From a virus: a stretch of 64,000 bases of DNA. Below, one piece after another: positions 25,292-34,208 of the stretch. Position 1 is the first letter of the stretch, and every line of letters begins with the position of its first letter. The translations under genes were made by a program, and so were the position numbers. The stretch spans positions 117,146 to 181,145 of the IMG/VR virus record IMGVR_UViG_3300005805_009577; one strand, 5' to 3'. A model generated the notes under the pieces. The model saw only the letters and a list, made by a program, of their open reading frames with translations, was not told where the DNA came from and did not search any database.

Positions 25292-25534
25292 ATGCGGACA
25301 CGAAAGAGTCGTATCAGCGTTCAGCGTTTCGTTTCGACTTGGTGCCGGGTGTATCGTCAGGGTGGCAATCAGGATATGGTTGCAAAGGCTCTGCATTGCA
25401 CCGGTGCTAACGTCAGTATTCGTGCCAAGGCTTTGCGTAAGAGTGGCGTGAAGTTGCCACCGCTGAATCCCGGTCGGGTTTATGACACGGCTGTTGTGAG
25501 AATGAACAAAGACATTGCGGAAATGATTGGATAG
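25292..25534 (+). CDS. HTH paralog, divergent (C)
   Basis: RFVSTW...GGNQDMVAKALHCTGANVSIRAKALRKSGVKLPPL; AGGAG RBS; motif at 25243. Confidence 0.75.
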   Translation: MRTRKSRISVQRFVSTWCRVYRQGGNQDMVAKALHCTGANVSIRAKALRKSGVKLPPLNPGRVYDTAVVRMNKDIAEMIG

Positions 25535-25545
25535 TTCCTAGGGTG

Positions 25546-25579
25546 GTAACGGTGCCGGGGTAACTAAGGCAACCGTTAC
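25546..25579 (+). terminator. hairpin closing the cassette array
   Basis: GTAACGGTGCC/GGCAACCGTTAC with one bulge. Confidence 0.5.
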
Positions 25580-25864
25580 TAACTCATAACATTAAGGAAA
25601 AATAAAAAGCAAAATTAAAAAATAAATAAAATAATTTTACAAAGTTAAATAAAAAAATCAAAACTAAGAAAAAACCTGGAGCTATTAGGGGTACAGGGAC
25701 CCCGGAACTGCCATTACAGCCTTTCTTTTTATTAAACCCTATCTTTTTTCGTCCACACCCTATATTGGCTTGTAATGAATTTCTATTGCGTTTATTACAA
25801 AATTAATCTAAATGGTCGCCTGCACAAGTCCCTACAACCTAAAAAAATTAGAAAATCGTTTTTA

Positions 25865-26102
25865 AAAAAATCGCGGCGGCCTATTTTTTAATTATACTAA
25901 AAGGTTAATTTGTCATAAGTCTATATTTATCAAATACTTACGGCGAGCAGGAAAAACTATCTTGTCGTAAGTCTATATTTCACAGCACTTTACGTAAAAT
26001 TAATCAAAAAGTTCAATAAAAACCGCTACACAACCGTCCAGAAACTGAAAAAAACATAAAATCAAATTTCAAAAAATCGCGGCGGAGGATTTTTTAATTA
26101 TA
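25865..26102. repeat. intergenic repeats at the island boundary
   Basis: AAAAAATCGCGGCGG..TTTTTTAATTATA at 25865 and 26071; TGTCRTAAGTCTATATTT at 25911 and 25963, each followed by ACTT(T)ACG. Confidence 0.6.
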
Positions 26103-26116
26103 TGCCAGGGTTTAAT

Positions 26117-26578
26117 CTAAATAAATTTTTCAGCTCGTTCATTAAAACAAATTCCGTTTAAATGGTCGAATTCGTGTTGAAAAACCCTAGCCAGATAACC
26201 ATTTAATTTACTGTTTGTCCACTCACCTTTTATATCTTGATAAGATACTTCTATAGAATCATATCTTTTAATTTTTAACATTAAATTTGGAAAGCTTAAA
26301 CAACCTTCATAGTCCGTATTCTTTTTTACGCTAACCTTTGTAATTATTGGATTAAAAAATGCTTGAGGTTTAATAAATCCCGGTATTTCATTTGACCCTA
26401 TTATAAATACTTGAGAATTTAATCCTATTTGATTTGCAGCAATACCAATTCCATTATGTTTTAACATAATTTCTATCATTAATCTTTCAGTTTCCACAGG
26501 ATCAATTTTTCCATTAAATTCAAAAGGATCTACTGATTTGTGCAGCATATCAAAAGGTTCGTATTTTAATTCATACAT
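26117..26578 (-). CDS. def: peptide deformylase
   Basis: GIGIAANQIG, EGCLS, HEFDHLNG signature motifs. Confidence 0.95.
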   Translation of the reverse strand: MYELKYEPFDMLHKSVDPFEFNGKIDPVETERLMIEIMLKHNGIGIAANQIGLNSQVFIIGSNEIPGFIKPQAFFNPIITKVSVKKNTDYEGCLSFPNLMLKIKRYDSIEVSYQDIKGEWTNSKLNGYLARVFQHEFDHLNGICFNERAEKFI

Positions 26579-26711
26579 AAATTATATAATATACTTTCTA
26601 ACTAAAACATTATTTAAATTATCTAGAGTTAAAAACCAAAATTAACCTTTGACAAAAAAAAATAAAACCTTAAGATCATCTAGGTGTTCTACATAACCAA
26701 AAGGAAATGAA

Positions 26712-26912
26712 ATGAAGAATCTTGGAAACGTTTGTTTTGTGGCCGGATTTGTAAGCAACGTTTGTTTTGTGGCCGGATTTGTAAGCATAGTCGCCAGCAT
26801 TGCTATTTGGTTTCTTGCCAAAACACCAGATCCAGCTCATGGTGAAAGATTTGGAATATTTGTTGGGTTATGGGCACCTACTTTCTTTGCCCTTAGCAAC
26901 AGATTAAAATAA
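26712..26912 (+). CDS. small membrane protein with in-frame 30-bp tandem duplication
   Basis: Two hydrophobic segments, ERFGIFVGLWAPTFF; NVCFVAGFVS repeated (26727-26786); AAGGA RBS. Confidence 0.7.
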   Translation: MKNLGNVCFVAGFVSNVCFVAGFVSIVASIAIWFLAKTPDPAHGERFGIFVGLWAPTFFALSNRLK

Positions 26913-26939
26913 ATTCAGATAAAGTTTAATCTTCATAAA

Positions 26940-26967
26940 ATACCAGGGGCAACCCTGGTATTTTTTT
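26940..26967 (+). terminator. rho-independent terminator
   Basis: ATACCAGGG-GCAA-CCCTGGTAT then T-run. Confidence 0.8.
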
Positions 26968-26990
26968 ATTTATACCGCATAAATAACATT

Positions 26991-28322
26991 GTGAATTTTT
27001 ATAATCTATCTAATGTTATTGATAAACAATACGACGAAGCTTTCTTAGACAGTCTTAAAAAGGGATATTCTAGTGGTTATAATTCTGCTCAACAAAACGT
27101 TGATCAGGATTATGAAAAATATGCCGATGTTGCCCAAAAAGCTTTAGCTAAAGCTGGCAGTAATGCACAAACTCTTTCTCGAAAAACTGGTGTTCCGCTG
27201 CCTTTGGCTACTGCATTAATAGCAGCCGGTATAACAGGAGGTCCTACTGCTATTCCTTTTGCAGCTTTATTATACTTTGTTAAACAACCTCTTATGAAAG
27301 GTGCTAATCGTGCATTTGATGCTACTTGGGATGCAGGAGCAGCTGCAGCAGGTAAAATTAAACAATCAGTCAAACAATCAGTTGGTTCTCAGCAACCAGT
27401 CCTTCAACCAGAATCATTTCGAGCTTTTATAGAATCAGATTCTTGGTCAGATTGGGCAGGAGAAAAAATAGGCGGTGCTGCAGGCAGAACAGTTGGCAAT
27501 GTTTCGGGCTATGCCAGTAAAATAGCAGGATCGTTAGGTCAAAGAGCCAAAGAAATAGGTCAATGGGCCAAAGGTAATCCTAAAGAAGTAGCCAGAATGT
27601 TATTTTTAGTAGGTGCAGGTGCTGCTATAGGTGCTGGTGTCGGTAAGGTTACCCATGAAGTTAAAGATTTTATAATTCAAAAGATAAAAGATCAAGGAAT
27701 AGATCCTCAAGTACTTAGTTGGGTAAAACAGAATATAGTTTTAGATGATAGTGGTAAATCATCTAGTGGAGATACATTGACTTCTAAGGGAGGCAAAGAA
27801 GTAAATCATCCTTATTTTATCAATGATGACGGACATAAAGTTTCTGGAGATCAAACTGTTTCTGTCTCAAATAAATTAATGAAAAACACTGGTGCAAGCG
27901 ATTTATCTCCAAGCGACCTTCATGCCCACGGCACTGGCATAGGAGGCACTACTTCTGTTTCTAGTACTGGTGGTACTGAAAATCTTACTAGAGTAAGTGT
28001 TCCTAGCAGTCCTGACTTAAGAGATACATATAGAGACGCTGCAAGAGTTCTTCAAGGAGAGTATAAACCTGGTGTTTTAGGAGGTGTTTTTGGAGGAACT
28101 GTTGATAGAAGTGATGCAACAAATGCAATGCTTCAATCTTCTCCTACTCCTTTGCATGCTCGTGTAGATTTAAAACATTATGGACATAGTGCTTCTGCTG
28201 AAGTTGCCAAAAGACTTGCTGCTGCTAAAGATCAATTTTCTCCTGATACATATACTGTTCCTGCTGCTGTGGCTGGTGGTTTAGTTGGTGGAACTGGCAA
28301 TCGTAGAAAAAGAGTTAGTTAA
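26991..28322 (+). CDS. Gly/Ala-rich hypothetical protein, possibly virion-associated
   Basis: 443 aa, hydrophobic Gly/Ala segments, CATAAATA just upstream. Confidence 0.65.
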   Translation: MNFYNLSNVIDKQYDEAFLDSLKKGYSSGYNSAQQNVDQDYEKYADVAQKALAKAGSNAQTLSRKTGVPLPLATALIAAGITGGPTAIPFAALLYFVKQPLMKGANRAFDATWDAGAAAAGKIKQSVKQSVGSQQPVLQPESFRAFIESDSWSDWAGEKIGGAAGRTVGNVSGYASKIAGSLGQRAKEIGQWAKGNPKEVARMLFLVGAGAAIGAGVGKVTHEVKDFIIQKIKDQGIDPQVLSWVKQNIVLDDSGKSSSGDTLTSKGGKEVNHPYFINDDGHKVSGDQTVSVSNKLMKNTGASDLSPSDLHAHGTGIGGTTSVSSTGGTENLTRVSVPSSPDLRDTYRDAARVLQGEYKPGVLGGVFGGTVDRSDATNAMLQSSPTPLHARVDLKHYGHSASAEVAKRLAAAKDQFSPDTYTVPAAVAGGLVGGTGNRRKRVS

Positions 28323-28990
28323 GTTAAATTTATTTTATAGTTTCCTGCCATCATATTTCTTCTTAAATTTTTAATTGTTGCTGAAAAGCTAGAATAACCG
28401 CTTCCCATAAAGTGTTTAGAAAATACGCACATATATAAATCTATAATTGCATCTTTTAACGAAGTTTGTCTTAATCCATTTAATTTTTCATGATATTCAA
28501 ATTTAACACGTTCATTATATTTATTTTTAAAAATGTTATATGAATCTAAGTTATCTGTTGCTATGTATAAGTTTTTATCTTTAATGTATGCTTCAATCCA
28601 TCTAAAGAATTTTTCGTCTTCTGTATAAATATTATGGCTTTTTGCAAGATTTATATGATCTGTTCTTCTAACATGAATGCTTATATAATCTTTTAATAAA
28701 CTTTTTTTTTCATTTATAATAAACTTTATTTCTGGTAATAATTTTAAATCTTTATAATTTGGATAGTATGGCACATCACATCCACGATAATTTATATCTA
28801 AGTTATCTTTATTATCTTTTAAAAAAGTTATTCCTTCTATTGGTTCAAAATAATCTAAAAAGAATCCATTACATGCATTTGTTACATTCCATATTACAAA
28901 TAGATTTTCTTTTTTCTCTTTTGCTTCTTGATAATAATAAAAAATTACTCTTAGATAATTGCACAAACCACCCGTAGGCATTATTACCAT
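28319..28990 (-). CDS. fucosyltransferase-like glycosyltransferase (GT11/GT23/NodZ-like)
   Basis: GGLCNYLR, SIHVRRTDH, YIATDN, DLYMC...FMGSGYSSFS. Confidence 0.75.
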   Translation of the reverse strand: MVIMPTGGLCNYLRVIFYYYQEAKEKKENLFVIWNVTNACNGFFLDYFEPIEGITFLKDNKDNLDINYRGCDVPYYPNYKDLKLLPEIKFIINEKKSLLKDYISIHVRRTDHINLAKSHNIYTEDEKFFRWIEAYIKDKNLYIATDNLDSYNIFKNKYNERVKFEYHEKLNGLRQTSLKDAIIDLYMCVFSKHFMGSGYSSFSATIKNLRRNMMAGNYKINLT

Positions 28991-29002
28991 ATTTTACCTT
29001 TT

Positions 29003-29239
29003 TTAATTATTGCTATTATTTTTATCTTGTAACCATTCTTTAAATGTCTTTATTTTTTTCTTTTTCTTTTTAACTCGATTGGGTAGTTTTTTATGTTTAG
29101 TGCTGGCAAAGTCTTTTGCACTTTCTTTGCTTATACCTTTTGCTATTTTTTCTATATTCTTTCCGGCACAATTTCCTGTTTTTTTGCATTGATAGACCAT
29201 GCCGAAAAGTCTTTGTTGTGATCGTGATCTGCTTGGCAT
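29003..29239 (-). CDS. DUF3008-like small basic phage protein
   Basis: MPSRSRSQQRLFGMV...KDFASTKHKKLP. Confidence 0.65.
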   Translation of the reverse strand: MPSRSRSQQRLFGMVYQCKKTGNCAGKNIEKIAKGISKESAKDFASTKHKKLPNRVKKKKKKIKTFKEWLQDKNNSNN

Positions 29240-29368
29240 ATTGTTATATATCAAAACTGTTATGTTTTAATTTGGTAACCTGAGAGAAACTTTTCCGCCG
29301 CCGCCGGTTTTCAAAACTGTTAACGTTTTATTTGCCGACCATTAGAGAAAGAGTACCGCCCGATTTAA

Positions 29369-29441
29369 TGGAGAAGATGGGACTCAAACCCACAACCTCC
29401 GCGTTGCAAACGCGAAGCTCTATCAATTGAGCTACTTCCCC
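29369..29441 (-). tRNA. tRNA-Ala(TGC)
   Basis: Reverse complement GGGGAAGTAGCTC...CGCG-TTTGCAA-CGCG...CTTCTCCA; G3-U70 pair present. Confidence 0.9.
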
Positions 29442-29542
29442 TTTTTAATAATATAATAAAAACTGTTAATTTTTAATTTGGTGACTATTAGAGAAAAAGT
29501 TCCGCCGGCGGTTTTTGAAGAATTTATAATAAATAAAATTAA

Positions 29543-30238
29543 ATGTATGATATATCTTTTGTAACTTTTGCAGATAGTAAGTATGCCAATACTTTAGAGA
29601 GAATTAAAAAAGAGGCATCAAATCTGGATATATTTAAAGATGTTTTTGCTTGGAATCAAAAAATACTAGATAACTCATTTTTAATAAAACATCAAAACTT
29701 TATAATCAGAAAAAGAAGAGGATATGGATATTGGATATGGAAACCATATGTTATAAAAAAGGCTTTACAAAGTATATCTAAGAATTCTATTTTAGTATAC
29801 TGCGATGCGGGTTGTACTTTGAACCCACTAGCTAAAGATTTGCTTTTTGAATTTGGAAGATTGGCAAAAGAATCAGAACCAGGAATTTTAGCAGCCCAAA
29901 TGAGATATATAGAATCACATTACACAAAAATGGATTTAATGGTACATTTAAACTTTACAGAATATGAATCCAAGCAAATTCAGGCCGGTGTGAGCTTTTG
30001 GTGCCACACAGAAAATGCTTTGTCTTTTTTAGACGAATGGCAAAATTTATGTTCAGAAAATAATTATCATTTTTTAGATGACACTGCTTCTATCGCTCCT
30101 AATGTTAAAGAATTTATAGAGCATCGCCACGATCAGAGTATTTTTAGTTTGCTTATGAAAAAATACAAAGGATATCTAGTTAACAAGTGGCCTGACAATG
30201 AGTCTTATCCCATTTGGACTTCTCGTCTTAAATTTTAA
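29543..30238 (+). CDS. glycosyltransferase-like protein
   Basis: GYGYWIWKPYVI, YCDAG, HRHDQSIFSLL motifs. Confidence 0.7.
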   Translation: MYDISFVTFADSKYANTLERIKKEASNLDIFKDVFAWNQKILDNSFLIKHQNFIIRKRRGYGYWIWKPYVIKKALQSISKNSILVYCDAGCTLNPLAKDLLFEFGRLAKESEPGILAAQMRYIESHYTKMDLMVHLNFTEYESKQIQAGVSFWCHTENALSFLDEWQNLCSENNYHFLDDTASIAPNVKEFIEHRHDQSIFSLLMKKYKGYLVNKWPDNESYPIWTSRLKF

Positions 30239-30251
30239 CTATTATAAATAG

Positions 30252-31094
30252 TTAAAATTTAATTATATTTTTTAAAATTTTGTCAGCCCAGTAACTGGCC
30301 GTAAGAAATTCAATTGGAGCAAATTTTTTTTCCGAAATACTATTTGGTATTTCTTCTGGATTTTTTACAAATATTACACACTCAGATATATCTTGAAACA
30401 TGCATTTTGTATTATCTGTTTCGTGGATGATAGGAATTACATTCAATGCAAGACAATTCCAAGCACATGGATTAGGATCTGTTCCATTTCCATGAGGACA
30501 AAGAGCATATTTGTAGGTTGATAAAATTTTTAAATATTCCTCAAGTGTTTTATCTGGCGTGTGTATATCAAATATTTTTAGATGGTTTGACGCATACTCC
30601 AAGTATTTACTTCTAACATTGAACTGTGGTCCCAAATCATTATGCGTTCTACATCTAGAACACGAAAATATTCTTTCTTTTCTTGATGTTTCTTTTGTTG
30701 CTTCTCTTAAATCTAATAGAAACTTTTCAGATTCTAATGAGTGAGTTGCTAAGCCAACGGGTAAAGATCTTATTTTTTCATATTTAAAAGCCATATTTTC
30801 CATATACCAAATTTTTAAAAAATTATTATTATATATTATTTCAAATTCTCTGCTAAAATTAATTTGAGGAGAAAAGTCACTACAACCCGATATCAGCACA
30901 AAAGGATTAAAAATTTTTGGAAGAACATGACTACAAAAATAACCAAGACTTTCTGTTTTTAAATAAATAGATTTAGGAACATAGTTTTTTTTAATTATTC
31001 TATTTTGGACAATAACCCAGTCAAAATTTTTTGAAAAATCACATCCATCACCTTCAATCATGGCAATTCCATTGTGTGCAATAAAATACTCCAT
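30252..31094 (-). CDS. exostosin/GT47-like glycosyltransferase
   Basis: YKYALCPHGNG.D...W..LALNVIPI. Confidence 0.6.
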   Translation of the reverse strand: MEYFIAHNGIAMIEGDGCDFSKNFDWVIVQNRIIKKNYVPKSIYLKTESLGYFCSHVLPKIFNPFVLISGCSDFSPQINFSREFEIIYNNNFLKIWYMENMAFKYEKIRSLPVGLATHSLESEKFLLDLREATKETSRKERIFSCSRCRTHNDLGPQFNVRSKYLEYASNHLKIFDIHTPDKTLEEYLKILSTYKYALCPHGNGTDPNPCAWNCLALNVIPIIHETDNTKCMFQDISECVIFVKNPEEIPNSISEKKFAPIEFLTASYWADKILKNIIKF

Positions 31095-31139
31095 AAATCA
31101 ATTCCTTATTTCAATCTTTCTTCAATACAAAAATATCTT

Positions 31140-31886
31140 TTAGTATGTTGACTCTATTATAGCTTCGACCAAATTGTCAATTTCGTATTTGTAAGAAGAG
31201 TATGGTCTTAAAGAATGACAATCATAAAATTCGTGAATATAAGATTTATGCCAGCTCCATTTAGATCTGTCTATTCTTCTATAATTTGATTCACCTTCTC
31301 TAAATATTTTGACAATTCTATTTTGATCAAAATTATTAATCATTTTGCTAGACCAAATTTCATCTGCACTCCAGTGTTTTAAAGATTTATTTAAACCATT
31401 TGGTTTGTGGTTGTTACTAATCTGTTTCCAGCAGTTTTCTGCTATAAACTCTTCCCAGGTTTCTTTCAATTTTAAAACTTCTTTAAAAACTTTACCTTTT
31501 GCAACATTGTAGCAACAAGGATAATGAGAATTTTTTTTTATATAATTTAAATTTACAAATTTATCGTCTACTATTTCTTTTATTTGATCAATAAAATACC
31601 ATTTAGATATTGGAAACATGTCTATATCAGATGTTATAAAAGTTGTATTTTCTTCTGTTACAGGGTGCCAATATCTTGAAAGCTGACAACATGTATTTAT
31701 AGGAACATTTTCAATGGTTTTCATTTTAATAACTTCGCCGTACTGTTCATCTATTTTTGATTCACCAAAATAAAGAAGAATTGGAGTTATCCCAAATTTT
31801 AATTTCCACACTTTTGAAACTAATGGCCAAAAGTCTAAGTAAAATGGCTCGTCGTTGGAAGAATGTATTGCTTTTTCTATTTTCAA
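31140..31886 (-). CDS. glycosyltransferase-like hypothetical protein
   Basis: TSDIDMFP (DxD), YPCCYNVA, W.ADE; cluster context. Confidence 0.55.
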   Translation of the reverse strand: MKIEKAIHSSNDEPFYLDFWPLVSKVWKLKFGITPILLYFGESKIDEQYGEVIKMKTIENVPINTCCQLSRYWHPVTEENTTFITSDIDMFPISKWYFIDQIKEIVDDKFVNLNYIKKNSHYPCCYNVAKGKVFKEVLKLKETWEEFIAENCWKQISNNHKPNGLNKSLKHWSADEIWSSKMINNFDQNRIVKIFREGESNYRRIDRSKWSWHKSYIHEFYDCHSLRPYSSYKYEIDNLVEAIIESTY

Positions 31887-32000
31887 ATTTACCTCCTTGT
31901 TTTATTTTATATATAATAAAACTGTTAATTTTTGATTTGGTGACTATTAGAGAAAAAGTTCCGCCGGTAATATTTTGTTGCATTGCTTATAAATAACCTT

Positions 32001-32486
32001 ATGCAAAGTTTTAAACAATATTTAAATGAATGGAAACATGTTGGCGAGAATTCATGTTTTTGTGGACATTGCGAATCTAATTTAAAAGTTTCCGAAGTTA
32101 TAATTGGAAAACATATGTACCCAATAGGTCAATTGCTAATTTGTGGTTGTAAAAAGTCTAGAATATTTACCAATACTATTAGAAATGTAAATAGTTTTAT
32201 AGAATATTGTGAGGGCGAAAAACATAATTATACTAACGGTTTTTGTAATGATAAAAAGTGTGGTTATTGTTTTAGTTATATAAACCCTATTCTTAATGGG
32301 GTAAATATTTTGAATTTTCGGGCCGACAAGTATGGTTGTTCTAAAAATTGCAAAGACAATCAAGAACTACTTTTAGTTAGCAAGCTTAATCTTCCTGAAA
32401 ATGATGATACTAATAATTCTTTTATTGATTTTTATAAAAAGAATTTAGAAAAAGTTAAAGAACTATATAAAATGTTTAGTCTTTAA
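32001..32486 (+). CDS. Cys-rich hypothetical protein with MQSFKQYLNE N-terminus
   Basis: ATG 32001 after TATAAATA; CFCGHC, CGC, CNDKKCGYC. Confidence 0.65.
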   Translation: MQSFKQYLNEWKHVGENSCFCGHCESNLKVSEVIIGKHMYPIGQLLICGCKKSRIFTNTIRNVNSFIEYCEGEKHNYTNGFCNDKKCGYCFSYINPILNGVNILNFRADKYGCSKNCKDNQELLLVSKLNLPENDDTNNSFIDFYKKNLEKVKELYKMFSL

Positions 32487-32512
32487 AATTTTTACTCTAT
32501 TTTAAGATAATC

Positions 32513-32599
32513 CCCCAAGTGATGAAATTGGCAACCATAGCGGACTCAAAATCCGCCGGGCCTTGAAAGCCCTTGTCGGTTCAAGTCCGACCTTGGGGA
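32513..32599 (+). tRNA. tRNA-Leu(CAA)
   Basis: GCGGA-CTCAAAA-TCCGC, long variable arm, acceptor CCCCAAG/CTTGGGG. Confidence 0.92.
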
Positions 32600-32638
32600 T
32601 TAATTTCTTCTATAAAATCTCGTATCTAAAAAATTTGT

Positions 32639-33097
32639 TCAGTCGCTGTCTGCTGGGGCGTAGAACATACCTTCTTTTTGATCCCATACAATTGGTCCTT
32701 CGTAGCCCACTGATAAGGTTCCAGTTTCATGTACACGGAAAGGATATACTATACCGCTTAATGGAGGAAACATTAAGTGACCTGACATTCTGACACCTAC
32801 TGCTTCTTTAAGATGATCTGGATACCATGCTCCCATATGTTCTTTTCCAACTTTTTCTTTTGTTCCGTTAGGGCGATCTGTAACAAATATTCCGACAAAC
32901 TTTTTGCCGCCGTATACAGAATACATCCTGTCTCCATTTTTTGGTTCTTTGAACACTGAGAAAGATTTTAGTTGTTCTTGATTTTTATATTGGTTATCGT
33001 TTCCTTTTTCTCCAGCATTCTTATTGTGATATTTACTATTAAGGTTATTGTCTCCAAATTCGGTGTTTTCGGCAACCCAATCTTTAAATTTTTTCAT
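32639..33097 (-). CDS. hypothetical protein with MKKFKDWVAE N-terminus
   Basis: 152 aa, GGAGA RBS, TATAAATG upstream. Confidence 0.7.
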   Translation of the reverse strand: MKKFKDWVAENTEFGDNNLNSKYHNKNAGEKGNDNQYKNQEQLKSFSVFKEPKNGDRMYSVYGGKKFVGIFVTDRPNGTKEKVGKEHMGAWYPDHLKEAVGVRMSGHLMFPPLSGIVYPFRVHETGTLSVGYEGPIVWDQKEGMFYAPADSD

Positions 33098-33129
33098 AAT
33101 TTCTCCATTAATACATTTATATATTACAA

Positions 33130-33600
33130 TTAATTAAATTTTTTTAATATTTTCCAACCAAAACCTTCAATATCATTTTTTATTTGTTCCGTCACAAATC
33201 CTTCTTGCACATATGGTTCCCGAGCCTCTATGCCAGAGCAATACCAGTTTATATAATCGCCTTTTTGATTAAGACTAGCTACTATTCCGCCGGCATGTCT
33301 CCATGAACAATGCCATTTTATTTTGTCTTTAAAAAAGTCATTGTTGCATAGTGCTGCGTATAAATTTTGACTATAAACTTTTGAGTCTTGACATTTTTTA
33401 GAAACATCTTCCGAAGATCTTAAATCTTTTTCTAAGGATGTATCTTTTTCAGGCGTTAGATCTTTTATCCTTGCATCATCCCACATTTTTTTTAATGATT
33501 CAAATGTTTCTTTGCTTAGATTGCCACTTTCATACATTTTTTCTTGATTGTTTTTTTGAAAGGTATATCTTTCTGGACTTGTTGCGTAAAATTTATTCAT
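33130..33600 (-). CDS. conserved-looking hypothetical phage protein
   Basis: YSQNLYAALCNN...W.CSWR.AGGIVA...GDYINWYCSG; start set at MNKFY. Confidence 0.65.
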   Translation of the reverse strand: MNKFYATSPERYTFQKNNQEKMYESGNLSKETFESLKKMWDDARIKDLTPEKDTSLEKDLRSSEDVSKKCQDSKVYSQNLYAALCNNDFFKDKIKWHCSWRHAGGIVASLNQKGDYINWYCSGIEAREPYVQEGFVTEQIKNDIEGFGWKILKKFN

Positions 33601-33602
33601 AA

Positions 33603-34052
33603 TTAAACAAGCTTTATTATTTGTTGAGGAGAAGAACAACAACTGACGCCGCATTTTTCAGGAGCAAGACACGCAGTATGATTTTCGCCAGCATAAAATT
33701 TTATTATGCCTTCTGTTATTTCGTATTTATCTATAGGGTATTGTGAAACCGAATCTTTTTCATACTCAATAAAAACATTGGGAATATCATGCTCAAACAA
33801 GCTTTCGCCAAGATCAATGATCTTCAACATTTTATCCGAGTCTACTCGATGATCAAAATCGTTTGCAACCCAAATTTGCAGAACACACTTTTCTGTTTTT
33901 CTTTTTACGCCTCCGCAATCTATGAAAACCCTACTTTCCCTCCCAATCTCTGTTATATGAAAATGTAGCGGTATAATTTCATTTTGAAGATGAAAAGACA
34001 AATTTTTCTTTTGGTTTTTTAATAATATTTCTTTAAGTTGTTTTAAATTCAT
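33603..34052 (-). CDS. DUF6428-like protein
   Basis: HFHITEIG, FIDCGG, QIWVANDFDHR, HTACLAPEKCG...CC; the upstream ORF-track start lies inside a tRNA. Confidence 0.6.
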   Translation of the reverse strand: MNLKQLKEILLKNQKKNLSFHLQNEIIPLHFHITEIGRESRVFIDCGGVKRKTEKCVLQIWVANDFDHRVDSDKMLKIIDLGESLFEHDIPNVFIEYEKDSVSQYPIDKYEITEGIIKFYAGENHTACLAPEKCGVSCCSSPQQIIKLV

Positions 34053-34055
34053 AAG

Positions 34056-34128
34056 AGCGGGCGACCGGGTACGATCCGGCGACATTTTGATTGGAAATCA
34101 AATACTCTACCAACTGAGTTACACCCGC
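34056..34128 (-). tRNA. tRNA-Gly(TCC)
   Basis: TTTGA-TTTCCAA-TCAAA, acceptor GCGGGTG/CGCCCGC, U discriminator; T-loop variant GATCGTA. Confidence 0.85.
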
Positions 34129-34208
34129 AATTATTTTAATATAGTTTGTATCTTTTAATATTCTTCCAAATTCTTTATTTTTAACTAAATTATATTGAAG
34201 GAAAAATT

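Larger units (their letters stand above)
29253..31967. repeat. ~50-bp intergenic repeat family, four copies
   Basis: 29459-29508 and 31918-31967 differ at one base; degenerate copies start at 29253 and 29313. Confidence 0.75.

Noticed and set aside
32563-32793. 76-aa + strand ORF
   Set aside because: Starts inside tRNA-Leu(CAA) and is antisense to 32639..33097.
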